A stretch of DNA of 56,754 nucleotides, the filler included, from Basidiobolus ranarum (lineage: Eukaryota): NCBI GenBank assembly GCA_040143965.1. It is 2 parts of 2 records of this genome, joined end to end, with 100 filler letters (N's around TTAATTAATTAA, not from the genome) between each part and the next. Parts side by side here need not be neighbours in the genome. Positions count along the whole stretch, not along the records: positions 1 to 28,380 come from JASJQH010000116.1; 1 more part is not named here. One strand, 5' to 3'. How positions within the stretch are numbered: position 1 is the first letter of the stretch; each line of letters starts with the position of its first letter. The notes under the pieces were generated by a model. It was not told the DNA's origin, did not search any database, and worked only from the letters and a program-made list of their open reading frames with translations. Positions 1 to 11,455 of this stretch are shown piece by piece. The translations under genes and the position numbers were made by a program.

Positions 1-579
1 ACAATTTTTGGACGCCAATCTTTTGGTCCAAGCCGTTTGTCAAGAGAGCCTTTAGTTTGTCTGAAAATCCAACTTACTGAAATGCACTAGTAACTTTGGA
101 CTTTAGATTTTCGATTTCATCCATCCATCCTTTTTTGGTCAGTCGACTAGTGATCAATTCATCCATTTACTCCACTAGTGATTTTTGTCTACAAAATGTA
201 CTTGTCGTCCCGGTATTTCGATTCCATACAGTAGCCAAAACTTGATTAAACTCCTTTCCTTTTTTCGCTTAACAATCCAAATGTTGAGGCTTTCCTCTGC
301 TCCTCCAATGGCCGCTCGAATCACGGTGCCTTTTGGTTTCGCGCTGATTAGGGTCCGTGAATTCGATTATGACTTTTTCCGGGGGACGCGCGCGGAACAT
401 GCTCGCCGAATTCTGCAAAATTACTGCATAACCCCCTATGGGTATACCTCTCAGGTGAAATCCTGACTGAGCCAAGAGTCGATCTGGCGACCTCACTCTA
501 GCTCCTTACTATCCTAACCACTTGGCTATAGATTCTTGATATTGCTAACTCTTCACTCGGTGAAGTTGGCCAGCCATAC

Positions 580-854
580 ACCATACCCTTCGACTTGTCC
601 ACATACCCTTCGACCATATTATAATACAAACCATTATAATAAATATATTGTATACCATACCCCTCGACTTGTCCACCATACCCTTCGACCGTATTATGAT
701 ACAAGTCAATATACTATACCATACCCTTTGACTTGTTCACATACCCTTCGACCATATTATAATACAAACCATTATAATAAATATATTGTATACCATACCC
801 TTCGACTTGTCCACCATACCCTTCGACCGTATTATGATACAAATCAATATACTA
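580..854. repeat. Tandem duplication of a 138-bp unit (2 copies) built from CATACCCTTCGAC-like cores
   Basis: ACCATACCC at 580 and 718 start near-identical units. The core recurs 8 times. The ORF 536-949 simply reads through the 46-codon repeat. Confidence 0.9.
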
Positions 855-956
855 AATATACACTCTATACCATACTCCTTGGCACACATACTTTTCGCAT
901 GTCCCTAACCCATTACCATCACCTTCAAACCGCTGCAATACATACATAATATTAAG

Positions 957-1000
957 TGCACATTGAGGAATCGAACCTCAAGGTCAAACCATTGTGTGCA
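957..1000 (-). other. tRNA-like relic (acceptor-like stem plus T-arm/B-box; no D or anticodon arm)
   Basis: Minus strand reads TGCACA-caatggtttgacc-TTGAGG-TTCGATT-CCTCAA-TGTGCA. The termini pair, and a canonical TTCGATT T-loop sits on a perfect stem. Confidence 0.5.
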
Positions 1001-1415
1001 TATATCCATAACCCCGAATGGTCTCCCTCCCTTCGAATGTGAAAGTAGGTTGAAAGCCATTCACAAACAACTTAAATTACAAACACAGCGCAAGTATGCA
1101 GAAAGTGGCCTCCACCCAACTAGTCCCTCAGAAACTTAGGTTACAGGTAGATGCCACTCTACCCGACTGATTAGTGACATAATAAGCGCTATATAAGAGT
1201 AGAAATTTGCAGATATGGCAAACTTGTGGTTTTCAGTATGATTTATAGTGGTTAAAGGTTTAATTTAGAACCTGTACTACACCATATCTCCTTAGCCACT
1301 ATAACCATTACCTCAGGTACTCAAAACAGCGTATACCTGCAACACTGAATATATTTCATTAACTATTTAAAAAATTAGGGTTAGGGTTACCTTAGGGTTC
1401 TTTCATGATTTATGC

Positions 1416-3120
1416 AAAAGACTCATCCTACGTGTTTTCAAGCAGTCGCTTGTCATATGCGCACAGGAATGGCATTTTGGAACGTAGATATTCATTTCAT
1501 AGTCAACAATACAGGCGGCAGTCAAATATATATACAAGTAATAATACGTTTACTAGTGCAATTGTGGGAATATAGGATATTAATGAGCTCAAAAGATTTT
1601 CCGACTATTTTTTTTTCACCAATTTTTTCCGAAATCGGTACTATAAAAGAGAAGGGTTTGCATCAATGAAAAATTACGACTGTACTTTACAGGATTATGT
1701 ATATAGTACATTCCCAGTCTTTGTTTCCCAACAAAGACGCTAATACCAGGCTGGTGGATGAGTAGTAGTGCGCTGTCTGTAAAGGGAAGTGTGGAATTAA
1801 TTCGTTTGGTTCTTCGGAGCCTCTGAGTATTTCCAGTTGATGATCTTGCCGGTTGATTATTCCAACAACCAGGCGAGGACGGTTTGCACATTCTGACAGC
1901 TTGTAGTTATCTTAATATCATAAAATTATCAAATCATTAGAGATATATACAATAATATCCTACTCAAATATGCTATATCTTAGTTTAATATGTGCCGCTT
2001 TAACTGCGAAAGATTATCCTCCAACTGGACTTGGCTTCTACAACTTCTCGTTGTCAAGGTGCAACTCTCCACCAAAAAGATCAGGCTGGGTTGATACTTT
2101 ACGTCAAAATTTCCTTGATTGTTGAAACTCACATCATTCAAATTTTCATGGTTTCTAGTATCGGAAACAGAAACTGGCTATTACTTGTTGTTCTGATTAG
2201 AGAAAAGATACTTAAGCAAGTAAAAATGATGTGACTAGTAACGCGGAAGACTAATTTAAAGTTAGTACCCAAATTGTCAGTACCGACTGTCAAAATGACT
2301 CGTGCTACGTACGTTCAAGTATATTACTCGATGTGTGCACACAGGAATGGCACAACTTCACGTAAAGACTATCTTCATTGTCATCGTGAAATTCGTTAAT
2401 AGATATATATTTACGGTGAATTTGTTTGATGTTTAAGATTATGGGATTGCATTGTACAAGTATGCTTATGTGAGAGATCTGACAGTAGATCGGGCTTTGT
2501 AAATATAAATTATCTCGATAGAAAGTAAAGAAATATTTGATTATTGTTATTCATCGAAGCATTCATTGAATGCTCAATTACGTTATCTGATTGGTGTCCT
2601 CTGCCATCGCATTTGGATTAGACTAGTGTCATTTTAGCACGTTTGTTCTGCCTAATCATTATTTATGAAGGAATTAAACGAATTGTTCATACTTCGGAAC
2701 TTTAGATGGTTTATTGCTTCATGCTTGATATTAATGAATATGAGGTAGTTATATGGTGAGAGCAAATGTATTAGTAAGTCACAAATCATATTTCTAATCA
2801 CACCTACTACACCTTGAGCCTGAGGATTCGGGCTCTTCAGGTTCTTCTGGTGAAGAAGGCTGTTCTTAGCAAAGACGGTTATATCAAACTTATAACATTG
2901 AGTTATTGATTAATGTGATGTAGTCTATTAATTTATTAGCATATGGTCTGATCTTACACTAATCTACCGAGTACTTGGTTTTCATAAATATCAGTACAAG
3001 ACTGATGGTAGTACTGACGGTAGCATCAACAAAATGACTCGTATTTCGCTTATTCAAGTATATTACTCAAAGAATGCACACAAGAATGCCACAACTTCAC
3101 GTAGAGACTATCTTCATTAT
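1416..3120 (-). pseudogene. Three diverged copies (~1416-1506, ~2292-2385, ~3031-3120) of a decayed Cys/His-containing coding module
   Basis: Shared + strand motifs GACTC...TTCAAG...CACAGGAATGGCA...CGTAGA. Minus-strand translations are YVPKCHSCAHMTSDC, YVKLCHSCVHTSSN and YVKLWHSCVHSLSN, with stops in the flanks. Confidence 0.5.
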
Positions 3121-5204
3121 TGGTAGTAAATGCATATCTGAATGTAAATGGAGGGTGAAACTGCTTGATGCTTGAAGTTATGATCAGGTAACGCTTGTTG
3201 AGGTAAAGATTGACCAAGAGTATTTGCTAACTGTGCGGGCAGATCTAAGTGTATAGCGTTCGATGAACCTGTACCAGCTATCCCCTGTACATCGTTACTT
3301 GCGTTATTGAACCCTGAATCTGAAGCTTGAGATAGTAGAGGAGCTTCAGAGTTAGAATCATCTGCTGGTGGTGTTGGAGCAATTTCCATGCCTTCCTCAG
3401 CATCCTATGGCATTTCATACACTCATTTCATACACTCCGGGTGTATTACTATCACCACTTTACCCAGAATCAAAAACTTTTCCTTGGGCAGATTTTGCCT
3501 TCCACTTCAAAGCTAGGTCCCGACTGATAATTGAGGTCAGAATTGTCCTGGCCATTGATATTTGTACTGCTAAAAACACCAAGGTATGGGCATGACGCTC
3601 AACGCTTTTGCCATTCCTGGCCTTGTGTTTGAGTTTTGTGGCTTGTAATCGGCTCTTAAACTGAGTGGTAAGCACTGTGGCTGAGATTTTAGTGCATACC
3701 CCATAATACTCCCACGATTCCTATATCATAAGTACTTGGTCTTTGAGTTCGCTCTGAGCCAACCATATATATTTTGTAAATATTTCAAGGCAAACTGAAA
3801 GCACATAGATATTCATGGACTATATGCTGCTGAAACTTCATTTCAACTTTGTCAATATACATTTATTCTTAAAGTGCAGCTATGAGAACATATATCAAAT
3901 GAAACAAAATTAAAGTATGAGCAAAGATTCAAAAATCTCATAGGTTACAAACTAATCAAAAGGGTATACAAGTTGTAAGGTACATGATAACAATCTTGAT
4001 TATGATTCCTCTTCATTAATGGAGTCAAAGTTCAGAGGTCTGGCCTTTGGAAAATTTGGGCAAGCCCAATTCTTCCCATATACTAGTAACTTGTGTATAT
4101 TGTGATGGAGGGGTGTACATGGGGGATTACATCTGGATGAAGAGGCCCAATGCTACAGTAAGCTAGTTAAGGCGGCACTTAGTAAACTAGCTATGCATAG
4201 CAGTCTGGACAGTATTAAGCATACGATAGCTAGTCAGGGTAAACTATTTGATACTGTTTGCCTGCCAGTATTGCAAGAATGTGTGGTTTACTAAATCTGA
4301 ACATGTATGTACTTCGGCGACAGTTACACGAAAGAACCGACATCAATGGTACCATAGGGTCACGACTGGGTGATACAGAATTCAATCAGTGCTCGTATTT
4401 ATGAGGGAATGAGAATTTCATACGTCGAGTGTGGCATCGCCCAGAGTTGCTGTGCTGATTGTGTACCGTTCGCAAGACTCGCTGGCTGTGTAGAGATACT
4501 ATTCAGTGATGCAGTGGACCTGATCAACGATGTATTGAGTGATGAAACAATGAATATATGCCATACATCTGCGTGTAAAGGTGAAGAGTGGTTGACAGTA
4601 TATACGCGTGGCTGTGATGTGCAATCCAATTCTTTTAAATGGATGGTGTCGTGCTGACCACGTGCGCTCAGGAATGGCAGGGTCGGTGGGCTGGTATTAC
4701 GTATGTGGCAGATATAATATAGGCGGAAACATCAAGCGTGTATTTGCAGCAACAGATGTTCCAACTGTTTCTGTAGACAATTTAATTTTAGTGTGCAAGG
4801 TGCTGAACCTGACGGAGGAAATTCCTGATACGCTGGTGACAATGTAGTTGATGAAGAGTGGCTACCCACCAGTGTTGAGTCAATGGAGGTGTGGTGCCCA
4901 GTCAGCTTCAAGTGATTCACTTCACAATAAGCGCACGCAATTTACGCACCTCCCAAAGCATGCTAGTGTATGTGGCTTGAACGAATTATGTGATGATATT
5001 AGCAACGCGGCCCTGAATGAGGAAGAATTATGCCTCCACAAGTCATTGATTAATATTCCTATACATCAAGAAGAAACAACTTGCGAGTGTGTATCTGGTT
5101 CGCATGATGTAGAATGCAAGACACATACAATACGCATTATTAAATAAGGATATAGTGGCTTCAAACGAATGGGATCTCTGACGATGATGTAGTGATATAA
5201 GCAT

Positions 5205-5278
5205 GTGATATTTGCCAGTATATTCCTTAAGTGATATTTGCCAGTATATTCCTTAAGTGATATTTACCAGTATATTCC
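5205..5278. repeat. 26-bp tandem repeat, ~3 copies
   Basis: GTGATATTTGCCAGTATATTCCTTAA at 5205, 5231 and 5257 (third copy is partial, with one mismatch). Confidence 0.9.
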
Positions 5279-5894
5279 ATCTCATTTGGTATGCATAACC
5301 CTAACCCAGCCAATCTGTAGTGTTATTATGTATGTTATACTTTTCAATAGATTTATTATCATCCATCTTATACTGATCAACAAATATTTGGAAATTTATT
5401 CATGGTTGATTCACCATTCGGAAATTACCGTGACAATAGTCTATAGTCTATATCAGTCACAAGAATCATAACACATAATCTCTTATTGACAAGCCTTTAT
5501 CTCAGGTGTGACTATTTAGTTTTCTCTTGGATACGGTGGCTATCATGCTGGAGAACGATTCAAGATAATCCTTTAATATAAGATTCAGCTTTGTAAATGC
5601 ACAAAGCTGATCTAGTCGCCCACGGTTTTCAAGATATCCTTTGGAAGTAATGTCTAGTTTCCAAGACACCTTTCCTACTCTATATTATTCCAGTCCCATT
5701 ATCCATATGGAATGATCGGAACATTCAATGATCAAGTTGTTTTCGCTATATGTTGTAATATTAGCTTTGAAATATTCTGTGAACCAGGATTAGCATTGCG
5801 GATATACAAATAAGCTATTCATATAAATCGACAATTATTGATAAATATAAATTCAATTGAAATTCTGTTTATTAAAGAATTAGGCTAATGATGA

Positions 5895-6974
5895 TTATAA
5901 TCTGGCTAACGTCTTATGAGCTTTAGCAAATGTGTTATTCGATACAGCAGCAATTGTTGATAACTCAAGAGCCAAGCAAAAAGAGGCTACAGTCTCTGCA
6001 AAAGCCATTTTACGATCCACTCCTAAACAATCGAGCATTTTTAAGTGTTTCGACTGATCACTATACTGTGTTCCTCCACCCACTGTACCGACAAGTAGTG
6101 ACGGAAAGTAGAGCGACATGTGCAGATTATCGTCATCATCGATATCCATGGATAACTGACTCCATGAGCTCTCAGCAATTGAGCCTGCATCTTGGCCGCA
6201 CGAAAGATACATCGCCGCTAAGATGTTAGTGGAGTTGATGTTCATTCCTAGAGTACTCGTTCTGATTGAGGATTGCATAGCCTCGATATAGAGTCTGTAA
6301 ATATCTCTAGGATGGACATTGAGATACTTGAGACATGCGTCTTTGTTTACAATTCCCCAGCTTCTAACTTTAACTCCACGAGTAGTAAAGGATCTCATAA
6401 GAGATAGCTTTTTTTCAGCCGTAGTATTTCCTTCTACATAGCTCTTCTCGAATACAAACCTGCTGTTTAATGTTTTGTTGGTCAATAATTCATCACAAAC
6501 TTTCTGTGTCGCGATTGTAACAATATTTTGTCCAGCGGCATCACTGGTAGTATATGTAAACTCCAAGTGTACAGATCTAGCGAAAATATACGGCTGGATT
6601 TTAATGAGTTTCCCGTGGTTAGTAGTGCTTTCGGCTATCTTCTTTAATTCAGTAAAGTGTTCTTCGATCCAGTCAGCAAATTCTAACGTTAATTTGGTCG
6701 AAGACAGCACGAAAACAGGACTCCGAGATATCTGTTCCTCGTAAGCTCTAGCTGATATTCCACCACAAACCTCGAACACTTTCACCCCGCGAGAGCAGGA
6801 AGCAACTAGAGTAGCTTCGGTAGTGGCCAATGGAGCTTTAACTCTTTTTTTCTGGTGAACACCATGTATGGTCAGTGGCGGTGTCGCTCCAACCGGTACT
6901 TTAGTATATCCTATGAAGTTTTCAATGCGGACTTGCTGGTCAGCACTATTCGTATTGGAAGTAGATTCGTACAT
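5895..6974 (-). CDS. Class I HMG-CoA reductase, catalytic domain only, intronless
   Basis: Motifs ENFIGYTKVPVG, PLATTEATLVASCSRG (catalytic Glu), DAAGQNIVT, EKK (usually DKK), CGQDAG (Asp), VGTVGGGT and AKAH (His). The ORF is open from 7055, but a TATATAAG ~35 bp upstream favours the ATG at 6974. Confidence 0.92.
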   Translation of the reverse strand: MYESTSNTNSADQQVRIENFIGYTKVPVGATPPLTIHGVHQKKRVKAPLATTEATLVASCSRGVKVFEVCGGISARAYEEQISRSPVFVLSSTKLTLEFADWIEEHFTELKKIAESTTNHGKLIKIQPYIFARSVHLEFTYTTSDAAGQNIVTIATQKVCDELLTNKTLNSRFVFEKSYVEGNTTAEKKLSLMRSFTTRGVKVRSWGIVNKDACLKYLNVHPRDIYRLYIEAMQSSIRTSTLGMNINSTNILAAMYLSCGQDAGSIAESSWSQLSMDIDDDDNLHMSLYFPSLLVGTVGGGTQYSDQSKHLKMLDCLGVDRKMAFAETVASFCLALELSTIAAVSNNTFAKAHKTLARL

Positions 6975-7082
6975 ATTATGTTGGCCTTTTGAGTTTGAAA
7001 ATGTCCTTATATAGGTAAGTCCCAAACGGCCAAGTTTATTGCAATACTCACCCATACAAAATCAACATTAAAGCACACCTGT

Positions 7083-8609
7083 AACCTCCATGGTCATCAT
7101 TGGTACTGTTCATAATTGATATTGCACATAATAGTTATAATTGATATTCTGGAACCTCCGCGGTCATAATTGTTATTCATGTTCCAACCGATCGGTTTAC
7201 TATTATCCAACCATGTCTAATGGATACCATCATACTTACTACCCTTGACTGGTTTTCACGCGCTACGTCACTGACTATATCATCAACATTATTTTAGCCT
7301 GCAACCCCTAGTTTCTTTTGGAAAGTCCACTAAACTTGGGCAATGAAGTCTAAATACCTAAATAGAGGATCTGTATGTATAGGTCAGGATGTCAGAAAAG
7401 CTAACAATACTATATCATGACGATCGTAGATAGGGAGTAGTCTTATTTCATATTGACATTAAATAGGCTTTCGACTTTGTCTTCGGTTGTGACTTCACCG
7501 TCATAGATCGGTGTGTTGTATGGTCTCATATGATCGTCTTCCTATTTTATCGAAGTGAATTAACACTAGAATCAACTTACCTAAAATAAAGCAAGATCAG
7601 TATCACCAATGAAATTTAATACTCTATTGAATCAGGCTTGACTAAAACACTTAGTCTTAGGTTGAATGGTTCGAATGATGCACACTTAGTCTTGGGTTGA
7701 ATGGTTCGAATGATGCAAAGTGTATGTATTTCGACTGATGGAGTAAGCAATTTCATACAACCTCATGCAACAAAAAAATGAGGTCTGATTCTTTACCTTC
7801 ATGGTTATAATTGATATTCTGGAACATCCATGGTCATGATTGGTATTCTAGAACCTCCATTGGGCTTAATTGGTACTGTTTATAATGGATATTGCACATA
7901 ATTGTTATTCACGCGTTGTCGCTGATTATATAATCGACATCATCTTAGGCTGCACTCCCTAGTTATGTTTGGAAAGTGCGGCAAACCTGAGCAATGAAGT
8001 CCAAGTAGCTGAATTCGTGACCTAACTACATGATTTGTATGCATAGGTCAGTTAAAGCAACGATACCATATCATGATATTGATAGGTTTTCGATTGTGTC
8101 TTTGATCGTGGCTTCACTATCGTAGTGGTATGTTGTATGGTCACTATCATAGTGGTTTATTGTACGGTCTCACATGATCATCTTAGTATTGTATCAAAGT
8201 GAATTCAAGGTGAAAAGTGAGTTAAAATCCGAATCAACTTACCTACGATAAATCAAGATCAGAATCCAACTTACGTACCATAAATCAAGATCAATATCGC
8301 AGATGAAATATAATATAATAATAATAATAATAATTCTATCGAATCAGACTTAACTAATACACTTAGAATCATTAGGCATTGGTAATTTGTGCATTAGGTA
8401 TTAGCGATATATAATCGAAAGTGGCATAATTGACAACATCACGAATGGATACCAGCCATATATGTATGTATACATTATGGATGAAAATTCTCACACGACC
8501 TATCAATCAGCCACTTTTATCCCGCCTCTGGTACTAGAATGGGTCGGAAGATGCATGGCGTATGTATTTCGACTGATGGAGTAATCTTCTTAATACAACT
8601 TAGTGCAAC
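7083..8609. repeat. Diverged direct duplication (copy A ~7083-7771, copy B ~7797-8609) filling the divergent intergenic region
   Basis: Collinear shared blocks GTTATAATTGATATTCTGGAAC, GCAATGAAGTC, GAATCAACTTACCTA and GTATGTATTTCGACTGATGGAGTAA. There is also a 35-bp internal tandem at ~7647-7716. Confidence 0.85.
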
Positions 8610-8813
8610 TGTAAAGACATTCATGTAGCTCTTCTACTCTAACTATGGTAATGATCAGTGGCAATGGGATACAGAATTAATAGGTACTACGCTTTCAACA
8701 GTCATATACAAGGATTTGAAGTTCTTAGTTCCTAGTTTGCAGGCTAATGACTTTATATATAAGGTGGACACCTGTACACTATAAAGATAACTTTAACCTT
8801 CTTGAAACCTCCG

Positions 8814-9083
8814 ATGAAATATACCACTGGATTAGTTGCTCTTTTCGCTGTCGCCACAGCCGTTGAAGGTGTATTGGTTGGCCAAACCACTCAAAATGGT
8901 GTCTCTTACTTGTGGAATTGCCCTGGTAACCCCATACCTACCCTGCAAGTGATTTGCGCTAACAACCCTACCAGCTGCACCTTCAAAGCCCCCATGAACT
9001 TCAATTGTAAAGTATTGAGTACTTGTAACCTATTAAGTGGTGAGATGCTGGGTCAAGGCTGCACTATCATGCCAAAAAAATAA
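8814..9083 (+). CDS. Small secreted cysteine-rich protein (89 aa, 6 Cys)
   Basis: Signal-peptide-like MKYTTGLVALFAVATAVEG. TATATATAAG lies ~60 bp upstream and AATAAA directly follows the stop. Confidence 0.8.
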   Translation: MKYTTGLVALFAVATAVEGVLVGQTTQNGVSYLWNCPGNPIPTLQVICANNPTSCTFKAPMNFNCKVLSTCNLLSGEMLGQGCTIMPKK

Positions 9084-11269
9084 TAAATAAAGTAAATCTG
9101 GTTAGCTATTAATTCTTTTTTTCTAACATTGAAGTAAATGGTGATGGAAACAATATGAACGCGATATTAGTAGTAAATAAAAGGTTTTCTTCAGAGATAT
9201 ATATATATATGAGAGTCAAGAGCTCAATCCTTCATTATCAGACAGTAATGGGCATATAGTCCAAATCTTACCCAATACGGCAAGGTCACTTCAATACTCT
9301 GCAATCAAGCATCTTGATGTAAGTACAGTGTCAAGGGGAAAAGGCTGGAGAAGAATATGGGCGTATAGGTTATAATTTCAAATGAACACAGACCAGCTTA
9401 TTGAATCCATCAGTCTTCTTAATTGTATCAACCATATTGAAGAACTCCTCTCCTGCAGAGTGAGTTAACTCTTTACGAATATTCTTAGTGCATTAGTGAG
9501 CTAGCACAACAAAACCTCTTATGTAGCTTAATACTTTAATTCAAGTCAAACTGAGATTGGTGACATAGATACTATACTATACCAATACCTTTGGATTGAA
9601 AACTGATGCTATGAATACAATATCAATGGCAGTGTTTCATATTCTTGTGCAATAGAAATGCATATATCTATATGAATACTGCTTAGACTTCTATTGAATT
9701 TATGCTGTATATATGTTGTTTAAAATACAAATAGTGTAAGATGGAGTAGAGATATGTACTATTGACACTATTGCAAGCACCATCAATGATAAAGCATCCT
9801 AACATTTTGAGTGGATTATCCCCAGGATGAGTATCATAATTGGAATTCTTTTGCCATCATAGTGAACACAATAACACTTTATCAAATCTGATTTGAGCGA
9901 TCTGGGGTGGCGACAGAGGAATATAGAAGCAAGAATCATACTCGGTAAAATCTCGGCGAACTCTAGCCATTGTAGTAACAATCCTAGCCGAATTTTGGGA
10001 TTAGGGTTAGGCATTAGAGTCTCGGCTTTCGGTTGTACTTGAACTGACAGCTGAGTTTGACAAAATTAGCATAAGGATTTACTAGAATTATATGTACATA
10101 CTATTTGGTAATTTTTGCATGTGATTGTAGTCGTCATCCTTTGGAGCTGATAATCTAAGACGGCTGTTGCTTATTAACCAAGCAAGTTGAAGCAGAAGAA
10201 TATTTATCCTTGTATATATCCCTTGTATAAATGGACTGTTACAATTAATCCAGAGCGGCCTGTACAATGCTTGAGCGTGCAATACCTATATATGGCTCAT
10301 TACGAATATGGTATATATAGTAAATCCAAGCTTCGTATCTCTTTCAACAACAATATGATTCTCAGATTTCGATCAATAATAATAAACTAAATAGCCTTAG
10401 TAATGAAAGTCCTACCTAAATTAGTCAGATATCTACTTATGGTATTAATTTATTGATCTGCTTACTAGAGAATTAGACCACCTGTTTAAAGGTCTTCCAT
10501 ATTGTAGATCTCATTCAACTTTGACCATTAGGAAAATAAAGAATAAGATAGTAACTAAAGAGAAGTAGATCATAATATCACAAGTATTGAGAAAGACTAT
10601 GCTAGCATGCAATTCATACTGACGCTGAAAACTGATTCAACTGTTCATCTGTACATTGTGATGACTCAATAAGGAATAGGCAAAGAAGATTCATGTAGTG
10701 CATTGTTTATCTTCATTAACTAATGTACAGTGTACGAATTGTTTACACTTCTAGTCATCTTCTTATAGGATTTGAGAAATAGTCCATTGAATCAGTATGT
10801 GCACAATAGAGCTGTATAAAGGAATTCTTTTGATATACTATGATATATGCTTAGCGTTTCCCTCAAAACAAAGAACACCTGTTGTACAAGATAAGTAATA
10901 CTATACGGCAATATGTATGCATTTAATTGTGCTAATTCAATTCTATGAGAACACAAAGGCATTTTTCATCTTTAAAGTTTGTAGTACCAATAAAATCATG
11001 TCAACAAACTATATGTAAGATCAAAAGATAGTCGGCGTGTACAATAGTGCCATATAACTCTCTCCTCAAACTGCCATCGATTTTGTGCAAGACACTGAAA
11101 GTATCTTAAACTATGAGATATAATACCTGGCAATTTTAACAGCTGTCCAAGCGGAGTGAGGATATTTTATGTTTATATATGCCAACTATAATATGAACAC
11201 TTTCTTCTGCCCCAATAGTTCCAAATTAGATGTGTTCCATCATGAGAAAAAAATTCATCATGAAATCTT

Positions 11270-11455
11270 CTGCTATCATTGTAATGGATGATTTCTCTAA
11301 CATGATGACAAGAACGTTGATATAAGAAAGTAACTGCTATCATTGTAATGGGTGATATAAGAAAGTAACTGCTATCATTGTAATGGGTGATATAAGAAAG
11401 TAACTGCTATCATTGTAATGGGTGATTTCTCTAACATGATGATATAAGAAAGTAA
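11270..11455. repeat. 35-bp minisatellite with variant units
   Basis: TGATATAAGAAAGTAACTGCTATCATTGTAATGGG repeated ~3 times, plus flanking partial copies. Confidence 0.88.

Noticed and set aside
536-949. 137-aa Tyr/His/Thr-rich repetitive ORF (RiPP-precursor-like at first glance)
   Set aside because: Non-ATG start and no signal peptide or KR cleavage sites. The periodicity is explained by the DNA repeat.
4300-5150. Overlapping short ORFs, possible retroelement remnant
   Set aside because: I could find no RT, RNase H or integrase motif in any frame.
5205-11455. Short direct-repeat arrays (5205, 7647, 11270) as CRISPR-like loci
   Set aside because: They are head-to-tail units without unique spacers, in a eukaryotic context with no cas genes.
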